DNA from: Octopus vulgaris
Taxonomy: Eukaryota
NCBI GenBank assembly: GCA_951406725.2
Contig: OX597818.1
Span: forward strand, 83,886,001 to 83,950,000
Direction: 5' to 3'
Length of the DNA stretch: 64,000 bases
Part shown: in pieces, positions 28,201 through 41,612 of the stretch
How positions within the stretch are numbered: position 1 is the stretch's first letter
How the letters are laid out: the number at the start of each line of letters is the position of its first letter
Program-made: the position numbers and the translations under genes
Notes under the pieces: model-generated
The model's database searches: none
Told to the model about the DNA's origin: nothing
The model's input: the letters and a program-made list of their open reading frames with translations, nothing else

Positions 28201-28895
28201 ACTATTAGGTGGGGGGCAATGAACACACCATTCTGCTACATTTTTGTATTCATTCTCTTCTTTTATGCTTTTCAAAGCGTTCAGACATTAGTGGTGACGT
28301 TGCTTGTAATGATATTGTTAGTCGTTGTGAGGATTGGTTGTTGTTGTTGTGGTGGTGGTGGTAGTAGGATTTCGATGCATCGTGGCTATCATAGCTAGCA
28401 ATGCTCAAAGACCCGAAATGTTATCAGTTCAAATTTCCTGTAATGAAGCAGCATTCCTCGGGAATACGTCTATTCACAAAACAGAGGGATCAAGGAAAAT
28501 CGAGAGGATATAGGTTCCTTGGACTAATGAGGATGTTTAATTCCTCAATGCCTCATAACCGAATAGTGCTAACAGATAATGATACAGTTATAAAACAAAT
28601 TATCAACTTATAACCGATCTGAAAGTAAAGATAGCCAGAAATTGGAGACTGGAAGTCGAAACAAACCCTATAATAATCCGTCCCTTGTGAATAATTGAAA
28701 CCGATGCACACTAATACATAACCAAAATCCCAGGACGTACCAACTAATAGAAATTACATAAACTAGTATTACGTGCCACTGTATGAATATACCATACAGT
28801 ACTTTCAATACCATGAGTAAAATACAAAATACAGAAATCAGACATAACAATGCATGCAAGCAAAGCACACAGTGCTGCACTCGGTTGTTGACTGT

Positions 28896-29022
<127 letters not shown>

Positions 29023-29243
29023 ATATTGATATTGTTGTTCAGCGTCGTAATCATTTTGCGCATCCAGCATTACGTGTAATAATGTTTTCTCTAATGATGT
29101 CTCTTATCTGCATCAATTTATTGCATTTCGTGAGGGAAAACAGAAAGAAACGATAAGTAATATATCAACAGTCATATGAACAAGAGAAAAAGCAACGAAA
29201 AATCTGTAAAGAAAAAAGAGAATACGCAGATGTACGTACTTAC

Positions 29244-29277
<34 letters not shown>

Positions 29278-29728
29278 ATATATATAAATTTATATATATG
29301 TGTGTGTATACATACACACAAATAACAAATACACACACACATATACATATGTGTGTAATGCATGAAGTATATTTTACGTATATTTATTTATAACATATGT
29401 AAGTACATATATAGGTACAAATATATGTATGTATATGAATATATGTATACATATTATATATTCCACACTCATAAAGCCTTATAAATATTATACACTCACA
29501 CATATATACACACACATATATATATTTATATATGTACACACGCACACACATATATATATATAGATAGATAGATATACGTGTATAAATTATATATCATTGA
29601 TATATATATATATATATATACATTATATATATATACGTTATATATATATATATGTATATATGCATTATATATATATATATATATACTATATATATATACC
29701 TTATATATATATACATCATATATATATT

Positions 29729-29799
<71 letters not shown>

Positions 29800-30065
29800 A
29801 GTTATGTACACAGCCACACGCACACACATACATACATATACACGCACATATATTAGGAACATATATATGTATATATGGTTGTATGAGTACATACATCCCA
29901 AAAAAAAACATTATATGGACGCTCATTTTCTCGAATCCACACCATTCAATCATTGCTGAGTCATCTTCTGTTTTATGTTGCATTTATTTCCCAATTTGCT
30001 GATGTATAGCTTCGCTGTGTATTTAGTAACAGAACAGCTATAAAATAGCTACATATTGTTTATAG

Positions 30066-30367
<302 letters not shown>

Positions 30368-30885
30368 TTTATAAGTGGTTTTTCATATATTTGGCTTAAG
30401 GGCCCATGAATTCGAACGGAATAGGTGACAAGCTGTGTTAGGTTGCTCAGATATCGCTATGTAAATAAAAGAATGGTTGCTCAGATAAAATGTTTTATTT
30501 TGAACAGCGAAAAATTTCAAAAACTATACAAATACAGATAAATTACAAAAAAATATATACCTACGTGTATTTGCATGTGTGTGTGAGTGTATGTGTGTGT
30601 GTGAGAGAGAGAGGAGGAGAGGGAAAGATAGAGAGAAAGCGAGTGGGAGAACAAGAAAGTGGGAGAGGGAGAGTATATAGATAGAAAGCAATTACGTGTA
30701 TCTTACACGTATATGTTTATGAATTTGCCTCCTTAGCTACACAACATGCTCAACAGCTTTTCTCCTTCAGAAAAATCTTCTGAGCATTGTTGTAGCTGGG
30801 AGAGGAGATTGTTATCTCACGCCGCTTTCCCGATTAACCTCTTCCTTAGACTTAATCTTGGTTCGGTCACGACCCCTACATCTCA

Positions 30886-31145
30886 GAAGGCCGGAGCTTA
30901 ATCCGGTGTCAATGGTGTATGAGTGATTGAAATCACAGCACCTCCTCATCATCTCCTGAAGGGGACGACAATCTATCACAGGTTTAATTTTGTAACTACT
31001 TACTAGAACTCATTTACAGCCGAGTGGCCAGGAGCACCGCGAACTGAGGTGTTTTACTCAAGAATACATCGCATCCACTGGTCTAGGAATCGAAACCTCG
31101 ATCTTTCTATCCTGAGGCCAACACTAAAACCATTAGGCCACATGA
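30886..31145 (-). mobile_element. tRNA-head SINE with CORE-like and V-like segments, diverged
   Basis: minus strand: tggcctaatggt A box, gtttcgattcc B box, cttgagtaaaacac...cactcggctgtaaatgag, tail accggattaagctccggcc. Confidence 0.7.
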
Positions 31146-31544
31146 CTTTTTCTGGTTACACTCTAGTAGTGTACAAGTTGCTAGTGCAGCTAGAGACACA
31201 CAGTCTAACAAGCAATACAAATGTAAAATTCAAAACGCATCTTTGCAAACACTGTATTGTTTCCTTTCATATTCTTCAATGGTTTCAGTAAAATCGTCCT
31301 ATCAGCGGAGTAATTTCATACAACCCACAAGGATATGACCCCGTTTTTCTTAATAATAACTTTTGATTTGGTTCATTCTTTCCCTTCCCCTATTCATGAT
31401 AGTTTTCTTTCCCTGTCCATTGTCTATTTACTATTTTATCCCATCATTTATCCCATCATCAGCATGTGGTAGGATCTTACTGCTGGCAGTTACTAGGGAA
31501 TCTTTTCAGCTTCCTACTTGTCTTATCCCGTAACTGAGTACAAC

Positions 31545-31845
31545 ACCGTTTTTTTTTTCCCTATCATCTAAGCTACAAGCACTAATGTCCTTGAAAGAGG
31601 GGTTCTGGGTCCTCCTCTAATTTTTGTTGCTACGTTCCTTGATTCTTTTAATCAATTTCTTTCTAACACTACTTTTCTAAATCTTCGAAGCTAAAAGCCT
31701 TGGCCGTTTCTTTCACTGTCTTCTATGTAACAAGCAATAAAATGCTTGAAAGAGGAGTTTTGGGGCCCTCTCCAATTTTTGATGCTGTCAATCAATTTCC
31801 TTCAAACACAACTTTTCTAACTCATCGGAGCAGAAAGCCTTGACA
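31545..31845. repeat. diverged tandem duplication, two ~150-160 bp units
   Basis: acaagca...cttgaaagagg...aatcaatttc...acttttctaa...aaagccttg repeated. Confidence 0.8.
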
Positions 31846-32973
31846 TAAATCATACTTTTGTATGTGTAGCGATCTGGTTTCCTGCTTTTCTTCACTGGGT
31901 GTGAGGTCCGATTAATTTTCTTTCTGATCTCTCGACATTTACACAGTCAGGTTTTGTTTTAGATTTTCATAGGTACCCAAGATGCATGTCCATATAGATG
32001 ACATATTCTAATATGAAACGAACTCTAAAATTATTTACAGCCCGTATATTTCCAAAAATGTGATGAGAAGTGTAGGATCAACAGCTGCAGAAATATTATC
32101 TTTGGGAGTGCCCATTGTCTCCCTTGTCTGGTGTCTCCTCATCTAATTCAGCAACATACCTACTTTGTCTATCATTTCACCTGCTACTTGATTTTAATGA
32201 CCAAGCAAAACTTTTATTTGTTTTACAGTAATCAATGTACGTCATACAATAGTTAATGCTTATTACGCTTTTATCCTTTAAGTCATATATACAAATCAAT
32301 TCCGTTTTTCATTTTCTTTTTCTTTTAAGAAGCAACGGAATGTCAACTTCATTACATCATTGAAATTCTCGGGAAAGGAACTACAGTTTCTTGAGACATT
32401 ACTCTCTCAAACTGTGAGTTCTTTCTGGTAACTAACCCATATACAAATTTTTCTTCTGGCGCGCGACTTTGTCCGATAAATTGGTGACGCGTATACTACA
32501 TTGGTGACGTTGATACTACAATCGTTGTTGAAATTCTCATAATTATAATTGCCATTTGTTTCACTTAATGGTAAAATTCATTGTTTTTCCAAAATATCCA
32601 TTTATGGAATCGAAGTATTTTTTTCTATGTAATTTTCAATGTCTCATTATTTCCAATCATAACTGTCTCCTTGTTTAATTGTCATAAATGCTTTTCTTTG
32701 GTTATTCGATAAAATGTCATTGTTTTTATAAAAATTTATAAATTTTGTTCTAAATTGTTAGAGATGCAGTAAACAGTGTTTACATAATTACAAAATTTTA
32801 AGATGTGCAAGACAAGTCTTGTTTTCCACCTGAACTTAATGGGTCGAATGTCTCCATGTTTAACATCCCGTTATTAACTAAATTTCACAAACAAAAAGAA
32901 AGAAGGAAGAAAATTCCTTTACTCCAAGTAAAATCTTCTAAAATACTAATAAACCCGGAGGTCTTTTACGCAG

Positions 32974-32974
<1 letters not shown>

Positions 32975-33037
<63 letters not shown>

Positions 33038-33780
33038 CCTTTTTTATTGGCCACAAGGGCCGAACACAGAGACATATAGAGACAATACAAAAAACAAGGG
33101 ACAAGTGGGATTTAAAAAAAAAACCCAGAAAACGTGTAAACTATAAAAACAAAAACAAAAAATACAATTAAGAGCAACAAAAATAAAACAACAAAATTCC
33201 CCCAATAAGAGGGAGTTCCACTCAGGGCCAAACAGGCACCCCACACATCCTAGTTACTGCGACTACCAAAGGCATGCTGGGTAGGCACCCCTCTTCCCTA
33301 TTACTGTTCCGGCTTGCAGGCGAATATTCAGGCGAGTCATTTTCGCAACATCCACCCACCTTTAACAAACTTATTACGGGACAGTACTCACCTCTCTACC
33401 CTCACCTGTTCACCGTTAAGGAAACGCTGGAGATGTCACAGCCTCAGCGCATGTCTGTGCATCATTATGCACGGCATTCCCAGTCCTCCACTCAGCGGCT
33501 ATTGATAACAGATGGACTGTCTGACAAGCGGAACACGTCCCTTCCATAGAAAGTGGAAGAGCAAGCGCTCTAACTTCATCAGTCACCCACTAACATTAAA
33601 AAGCGTGACGTCCCAAGAAAAACCTCCAGACGTCTGAAGAAATCTGGCTGCTCCACCCCCATGTGGCGTAAACAGCGACTAGTGTAAAGGCATCACCTTC
33701 ACTGTCGCTCACGCCCAGGACCAACAACCTACCTTCTGGGTCTTCATGGCGCGGACGTTTGGCCTTCCCACGTCATGCGG
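32975..33780 (-). pseudogene. internally deleted L1/Tx1-clade LINE (APE endonuclease fragment + post-RT segment + C-terminus + 3'UTR + (ATT)n/(GTT)n tail)
   Basis: DPEGRLLVL..SEGDAFTLVAVYA..EQPDFFRRLEVFLGTSRFLMLVGD joined to KLERLLFHFLWKGRVPLVRQSIC..PLSGGLGMP, then VRVER.VLS; AATAAA precedes the tail. Confidence 0.8.
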
Positions 33781-33799
33781 GAAGTCCCTCAGAATTTCT

Positions 33800-34620
33800 T
33801 TGCATACTATGAGGGCTAAATGAATTAACATTAAATTATTCGGAACCCTAAGGATGCTGGTGTCGTATATTGTACCCTCTCTTTCCATTTGTTCGTTTTG
33901 GGCCAACGAATTTTGTTCGCTCTCCTCACAAGCACATAATTTGGTGTTTCCGTTTTGGTGACTGTGACTATGAGCTTTCTTTCGGGGGCTACATGTTATG
34001 GGTGCATTAGTGGATTTGGTTGGGGTGGTGGTGATGGTGGTGGGATGGTGATGCTGGTGCTGTTTGTGCATTGTCTATATTCGTTGTGCTGGGGGTTTCT
34101 GTGTTTTCGGGTGTTAATGTAGGTTATTTTGTTTTCTGTTTCCATTCCCTTTTTTGTTTTATTTTTTACCTTGCGGGGTTCTTCGTTGTCTTCAGTACGG
34201 GATGAATAGTGTCTAGTGTTTGTGTGGTCTGTCTCGGGGAATGTGAGTGTGCCTGTGATAGTGTGAACGTGCTTGTGTGAGTGTATGCTTGAGAGTGGGA
34301 ATAAGGGGGCTGGTTTGACAGATACCCCCGCGTGGTTTTCCCCATTGAATAGGGCTCACGTGCCTGTTTTTTTTTTGTTATTGATGGGATGCTGCTGCAG
34401 TTTCTGCTGTTGGCATTGTGGTGTAAGCTGTAGGTGTGGTCAGGTACAGATTCTGAGACACATCTGGCGAAACAATAGATCATCTCGTTTCGGGCTGTTC
34501 TGTACTGACACCAAATACAAAAATCGTCAGAGTAGGATAGGGTAACATTTACATGGGAAAATATGTAAATACTGCAATATCGGCACTCCTGCTTACTGGT
34601 GTGAGCACAAACCTGAGCCA
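33800..34620 (-). other. possible decayed LINE ORF1-like segment (Cys-rich then low complexity)
   Basis: CRYC..VTLSY..FCIWC followed by T/H/P-rich coding-like sequence, just upstream of the Tx1-like remnant. Confidence 0.25.
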
Positions 34621-35438
34621 ATTGTTGAAAGTAAAAATCTCATTATCCTCTCAGATAGAACGACCCAGTTCTCTTACATGCATTTCTTTTTTATGTCAGA
34701 TCTAATACAATCTAAAGACAGTACAAATATTTAAAGATACGATATACTGTTATAAACCAATGAAAATATCACTTCGAAGCCTTGCTTAGTTGTAAATGGA
34801 AAACTGTTATACTTGACATCACTGTAAATGAATATCAGATGGTAACTAGATTTCATGCCGCATAAATAACGAGTTAGTGAGCCACGTGGCGGACTGCACA
34901 ACTCTACCGGTAGTTATACTTCATTGTACAAATGATACTACAGTTAATGTACTTTCAGTTGAATTACCGTTACATTTGCTGACGCATATGAGAACATTGA
35001 TCATAACATCAACGTAAAACAATGATTATTCATAAAGAAGCACTCATGAAGCGGGATTCTATTCAGACATTCTTTGTCTATGTGGAGAATATCCACTATC
35101 TGGATAGTAAGACATTTGTCGCTGAATCAAACCATTGGTGAGAAACTCCAGCACATATGAAATGAGTAATACTGATCATGATATGAGACAGACACTGAAT
35201 AGAGTACAAGACTATTGTTGCATACACTCTGCTGCATGGCTCTGAAATCTGAACAAATTTATTGATGAGATCTATTTATTTAATGAAGCAAATTATATAT
35301 ATGTATGATTCTTTGTTATATATATACACGCACATATATATATGTGTTGTGTGTGTATGCACGTGCATGTGTGTGTGTGTGTGTGTGTGCACGCTCGGGT
35401 ATGAATATATATGAGTGTGTATATAATTTGCAAATTAT

Positions 35439-36747
35439 ATACCTGCAAGATGGGGAGGAGTCATCTAAGCCATCCAACTGTATGATTCTTTGCTTATATA
35501 TATACACGCACATATATATGTGTTGTGTGTGTATGCACATGCATGTGTGTGTGTGTGTGTGCGCTCGAGTATGAATATATATGAGTGTGTATATATATAG
35601 ATATGCATATACATAGATATATAGATATACATACTTGTGACTGGTATCACAACTCATCGGATAGGGAGATAACAGAGGCACGGTCCCGGTGTGATTTGTA
35701 GAGACGACAATGACGTTCATAGACACAAACGTGGCATTAAAAGTTAAAATTAGCGAACAGTTATCAGAATGAGGGGACCATCACTACGCCTTCTCTCGCA
35801 ACAAAAGCAGTGCTCGGTCTGCGACCGGATTTGTAGACACAAGATTACCTTCCAAAGCCACACAAGAACCTAGGGGGCAATCATTAGCGATCACCGAGAG
35901 ACTGCTAGCGATTTCATCTACACGGACACAGTGTTAAACAGTAACAATGGCAACAAATCTTAACTATAAGACAACATGCAATACTTTTAACGAGCTAAAA
36001 GATATAGAGATACATACAGCGTGCAAGAATGTGTTTGTGGAATACCTGGGAAGAGCTAGCCATATTGTGACAACGTGTCCAATTTTGGCAAGACAAGCAA
36101 TAAATGCCAAGAACAGTTACCGAAAACTGTCACTGAATTGACTTGGTCCAAGTACCGTAGGAAACGCCTGTCTAAATTGATAACAGCATTAAGAGTAAAC
36201 GTTCCGATATTGTCATTAAAAGCTGTAGTGTAGGCGTTGTAAGAATGTCTTTTTTTATCAATACGTCAATCATTTTTGAGTAAACAGCATGGAACAAATA
36301 GTTACAAATCGAAACTAACATCATGATAGAATCATTAGGAAAAGTATATATACATATATACATATGTGGGGGTGCGTGCATGTGTATGTGTGTTTGTGTG
36401 TGTATGTGTGTGTGTTTAATTCTAATTGGCATCCTCTGGCAAACAATATTTTTTTAAGCGTGAGCCATTACTTGGCCAATGTACATATATTATAGGCAAT
36501 TGTATCGACATAGCTGACAATATAATTCATTTCGAAAATCACGTCATACCCACACATATTAACGTACGTATACATACACACATATTGATATATGCGCACA
36601 TAAACACACACATGCGTATATGCATATATAGACCACACTATTGCTTATATGTATTTTTTAACCTGCATTTCATCATTTATACATACATTATATATATGTG
36701 TGTATGTATGTATGTATGAATATATATATGTGTGTGTATGTATGTAA

Positions 36748-36788
<41 letters not shown>

Positions 36789-37060
36789 AATTCAGGCGTA
36801 CACAAACACATATAGAGTTTAATACATTCTCCACACCACCACAGATGCATATCTTTTGATTTATTGCGATGGTGGAGATTACAATATTACTTCTCCCTCT
36901 CCTCCATACCTGCAAGATGGGGAGGAGTCATCTAAGCCATCCAACTGTATGATTCTTTGCTTATATATATACACGCACATATATATGTGTTGTGTGTGTA
37001 TGCACGTGCATGTGTGTGTGCTCGGGTATGAATATATATGAGTGTGTATATATATAGATA
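35439..37060. repeat. dispersed near-identical ~160-bp duplication (35439-35600 and 36906-37060; partial third copy 35288-35425)
   Basis: atacctgcaagatggggaggagtcatctaagccatccaactgtatgattctttgc... identical at both sites. Confidence 0.9.
35640..35910 (+). pseudogene. RTE-clade LINE 3' fragment
   Basis: C-terminal C2H2-like CSVCDRICRHKITFQSHTRT followed by a short 3'UTR atcattagcgatcaccgagagactgc. Confidence 0.55.
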
Positions 37061-37116
37061 TACATACATTGATATATACATACATATATATATATATATA
37101 TTTAATCCTATGTTTC

Positions 37117-37166
<50 letters not shown>

Positions 37167-37374
37167 CATATATATGTGTATGTATTCACTTAATACATAT
37201 GTATACATAAGAATATATATATATGTATATATATGTGTATTATATAGGTGTACATGTGTGTGTTCGTTTCTCTGTATAGAGATGAACGCTCTTACATACA
37301 CATACACACGCATATATATATATATGTGTGTGTTGTCTATTTATGTATCATCTCTATATCTATCTATTTATTTA

Positions 37375-37430
<56 letters not shown>

Positions 37431-38170
37431 GAGTGAGTGTGAGATAGATAGATAGGTAAATAGATAGATAGATAGATAGATATATAGATAGATAGATAGA
37501 TAGATAGATGCATATACATGCACATTCACACATACATGCATACATACACATACAGATATACATACATATACATATGCACGCATACATACATGCTGCATAC
37601 ATAAACAACATACATACATACATACATGCATAGAAGAGGGCAGACATAGTTGCATTTGTCTGTGCGTCATAAAAGACAATCAGCGGAATGGAGGACAGCG
37701 CAGCGTCGGGATCGTTTGAAATTACGTTCTTTAAGATGGGCGGTGGAAGCGGCGGCGGTCTGGTGTAGCGGAATGCCGCCAGTAAATCGGTGTAAGGTGG
37801 GGTGGAACAGGTGGCTAATCATGTCATAGAGATGGTAGATGGGGAAAGGTCCCACTGTTGGATGTACAAAAACTAGAGGTCATGGTAAGACAACCTCCCT
37901 AATGAAGCTTGTATAGTGGCAATGACTAATATATCGTATACGTGTGTATATATGTTCGTGTATAAGTGCTTGTGTATGTGTGAAAATGTATTATATGTGT
38001 GCGTTTTGCTAATGTTGTTAGCGCGCATCTGTGTATTTTTGTGTGGTTGAATCCCTATTAATTATGCATGTATGTGAATCATATTTCGTCGTATGTAAGC
38101 TTTGCTATCTATGTTTGTATAGATGTATGTATATGTGTATCCATCTGACCATGCAAAACACACATACATA

Positions 38171-38233
<63 letters not shown>

Positions 38234-38463
38234 CACACACACATATACACACACATATATATATATGTATATATACAGATACTTGTTTTTGGTGGAAGTT
38301 GTATGTTTTAGTGTCTCCTGTTATTGTTTACTAGCTGTGTGCGCATTGATCTCACATATAGACACATATATATATATACATACACGTACACATACATACT
38401 TACATACAGACCGACATACATGCATACTTGCATGCACAGAGATAGATAGATAGATAGATAGAC

Positions 38464-38527
<64 letters not shown>

Positions 38528-39146
38528 TGATTGATTGATTGATTAATTGATTGATTGATTGATTGATAAGTGTATTATGAATGCATATATTTATGTATGG
38601 GAAAGAGGGGTAATTGTGCCTGCCAGTCTCTCCTCCCTCTTCGTCTCTTGTTCTCACTACACATGCACAGGCACACACTCACTCATACACATACATACAT
38701 ATATTCGTACGTATGCATTAGTGTGTTGTGAAAATTTTAGCCTCCGGTCCAATGAACTTTAAACGGATATCTACACCATCTATGGAAATATTTCTGTAAT
38801 TAGAACTAAATTCACATAAACCAATTGTGAATCATTAAGTATTAGGAAGCGATGAATACCCTTATTTCAATTGCTTTAAATTTTGATTTTTAGAAACTTC
38901 TAACATTTTTTTATTCTGTATTATATCTTATGACTTTAAACTATTTCCAAGATGGTTTCCAGAGGAGGATGCATAGAGCCTTCTACATAAAAGTGATCAG
39001 TGATGTGTAATCTCTGATTTGCAGGTGCCATGCATCATTGTGACAGGTTTTTCACAGGTGCAACGGTTTTTCAGAACATAGAAACGATTGTTTTACATCG
39101 TGGATTGTGATTAGTTGTTAAACTTGTAGTTTTATCAATACAAATA

Positions 39147-39994
39147 GTTATTTCACCTTCGGGCAAAAGGACTGACATTTTGTGGAAGGCTGTTGGTGGG
39201 GTTGTTTAATTGCATCGATCGCAGTGCACAACAGGGAGCTCTTTTATTGAGACCGGAAGGATGATATGCAAAATCGAAAAAGCCGAAAGAAATGTTGCTA
39301 GGCATTTAATCCGAGACCCTCTTAGCAATTTGCCAGCTCACCTAAATGGTTTTAAAATTTGGCACAATGTCAGCAGTTTTAGAGCGTGGATATGTTGACT
39401 ACATCGAACTCATGATTCAACTGGTTCTTATTTTATTATTTTATCGACATCGAAAAGATGAAATGGAAAGCTCACCTTGGCAGCATTTGAACTCTCTAGC
39501 TAGAAGAACTGCTACTTCTTAGCATTTTGTCCAGTGTGCTAATTATTCTGCCAGTTCACAACTGAAAATAATCCTTTCTATTATAAGCATCATGCCTGAA
39601 ATTTTGGGGATGGAAATGGTCGATTTCCTCGAAACCAGTGCTTGACTAATCGTCCTGAAAAAATTAAAGGCAAAATCAACTTCGGCAGAATTTGAATCCA
39701 GAGCTTAAAGACGCATAAATGCGGTTAATCATTTTCTCCGGCATGATAAAAACTCTGCGAGCTCGCTGCTTTTTTATCAATACAAATAATCTTTTCTACT
39801 CAAGGCACTAGGCCCGAAATTTTTGAGGAGGGGGCCAGTCGATTAGATCGACCCCAATTCGCAACCGGCACTCAATTTATCGACCTCGAAAGGATGAAAG
39901 GCAAAGTCGACCTCGGCGGAATTTGAACTCAGAACAGACGAAATACGGCTAATAATTTCGCTCGGCATGCCAACATTTCTGCCAACTCACCGCC
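39147..39994 (-). mobile_element. head-to-tail stack of four SINE family B copies
   Basis: units ~39147-39340, 39355-39560, 39570-39771 and 39791-39994; the last unit is flanked by the 19-bp TSD ttttatcaatacaaataat. Confidence 0.85.
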
Positions 39995-40171
39995 TTTTAT
40001 CAATACAAATAATAATACAAAAGTGTCTCTTTCGCTTCATAAATTATGCTTCTTTCCATATTATATGTATACCAGAAATATCTTTGAAATGAATGTTTTT
40101 TTTTAATCTTTATAAAAGTGTAAACGATCTAAGTCAGCTTCAGAATTTACATTTGATAAAATTTCATGTAA

Positions 40172-40350
40172 GGTGGTCAGCTGGTAGAATCGTTAGCACA
40201 TAGGACAAAATACTTAGCGGCATTTTTTCCAGTTCTCACGTTCTGAATTCAAATCCCGTCGGGTTCCACTTTGCCTTTCATCCATTCGAGGTCGATGAAT
40301 TAAGGAACCAATTAAGTGCTGGAGTCCGATGTAATCGACTTGTCTTCTCC
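40172..40350 (+). mobile_element. SINE family B
   Basis: ggtggtcagctggtagaatcgttagcac...cgttctgaattcaaatcc...gcctttcatccattcgaggtcgat. Confidence 0.85.
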
Positions 40351-40652
40351 ACTCAAAATAGCAAACCCCCGAACACTTCAATATGTCTGCATCCATTACA
40401 TAGGAGACGTTGTAATATCGGTCACTCACAGTCCAAGGGCTCAAGAGAAAAAAAGTATAGTAATTCGTGCAGCATTTTATTTCCAAATTATCAATGAACC
40501 CGGATCTTGCTTATTCTAAGAACGTGGGGTAATTCAATAGTTAAACAATTTTGAATGTATTATATCTAAAATTTAAATCATACGTTTTAAACCTAATGCG
40601 TTTTCCGTTTAACAATTTCTGTCTCCATTTTATCAATTATTCACTCCGTAGC

Positions 40653-40685
<33 letters not shown>

Positions 40686-40695
40686 CCTATCTATC

Positions 40696-40839
40696 TCTTC
40701 TTCTTCTTCGTTGTCGTCGTCTTCTTCTTCTCCTTCTTCTTCTTCTTCTTCTTCTTCTTCTTCTTCTTCTTCTTCTTCTTCTTCTTCTTCTTCTTCTTCT
40801 TCTTCTTCTTCTTCTTCTTCTTCTTCTTCTTCTTCTTCT
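40696..40839. repeat. (TTC)n microsatellite
   Basis: direct inspection. Confidence 0.95.
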
Positions 40840-41279
40840 CCGTCTTTTTCTCTCGTGACAGTGATTTACACTTTTCATTTTCTTCAACAGTCCATGCATT
40901 TGAAAGCAACAGCTTCTGAGAGTTGATTAATTTTATTTTCATGCAAAAACCAAAATTCTATTTTATTTGTATAAAAAATTAATTGTATACGTGACGATTT
41001 TATCTCCATTTGTAAAATCCAGTTGTCTTCTTGTTCATACAAAATGTGGATTGTAAATGCCAACTCTTTTATAAATACATTTTTTTTTCTTCAACCTATT
41101 TTTCAATCCAGAAAAAAAAAAAGAAAACGTTTTCTTGAGTACAAACTTATAAACAGTTAGTTCAATTCTCTATACTACTTTAATAGATTCAAAACTGCAG
41201 GAGGTCTATCGTTAATATTTCCATTCTATATCTGCAGGTTGTCGAGATAGCAAATTCGTTTGCACATCACACCAAATTT

Positions 41280-41612
41280 CTTGGCAGTATTTTTCCCCGC
41301 TAAGGCGAACTTTGTCTTTCGTCCGTTATAAATTGGTAAAATAATAAAGTACCAGTCAAGTACTTGGGTCGATTTAATCAACTTGTTCCCTCTCCTCGGG
41401 ATTATGTTGTAATATCTGTCACTTATACGCCATGGAAATTGGGTAGCCGACTTTATGTGTTCGTTTGTGTTGGGTAAAAAAAACCCCGACAGAATAAGTA
41501 CCAGACGTACAAAATATGCACTGGGGTCAATTTCTTTGTTCGACTAAAGCTGTTCAAATTGGTGTTCCAGCATGGCCAAAGTCCAGTGTTTGAACCAATT
41601 GAAAGACAAACA
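41280..41612 (+). mobile_element. fragments of SINE family B (41280-41400) and a family A tail (41455-41612)
   Basis: aagtaccagtcaagtacttgggtcgat; agaataagtacc...ctggggtcaattt...tccagcatggcc. Confidence 0.6.

Noticed and set aside
36015-36100. CCHC-like fragment (C..C...SHIVTTCPILA)
   Set aside because: Needs frameshifts and is too short to annotate; probably LINE debris.
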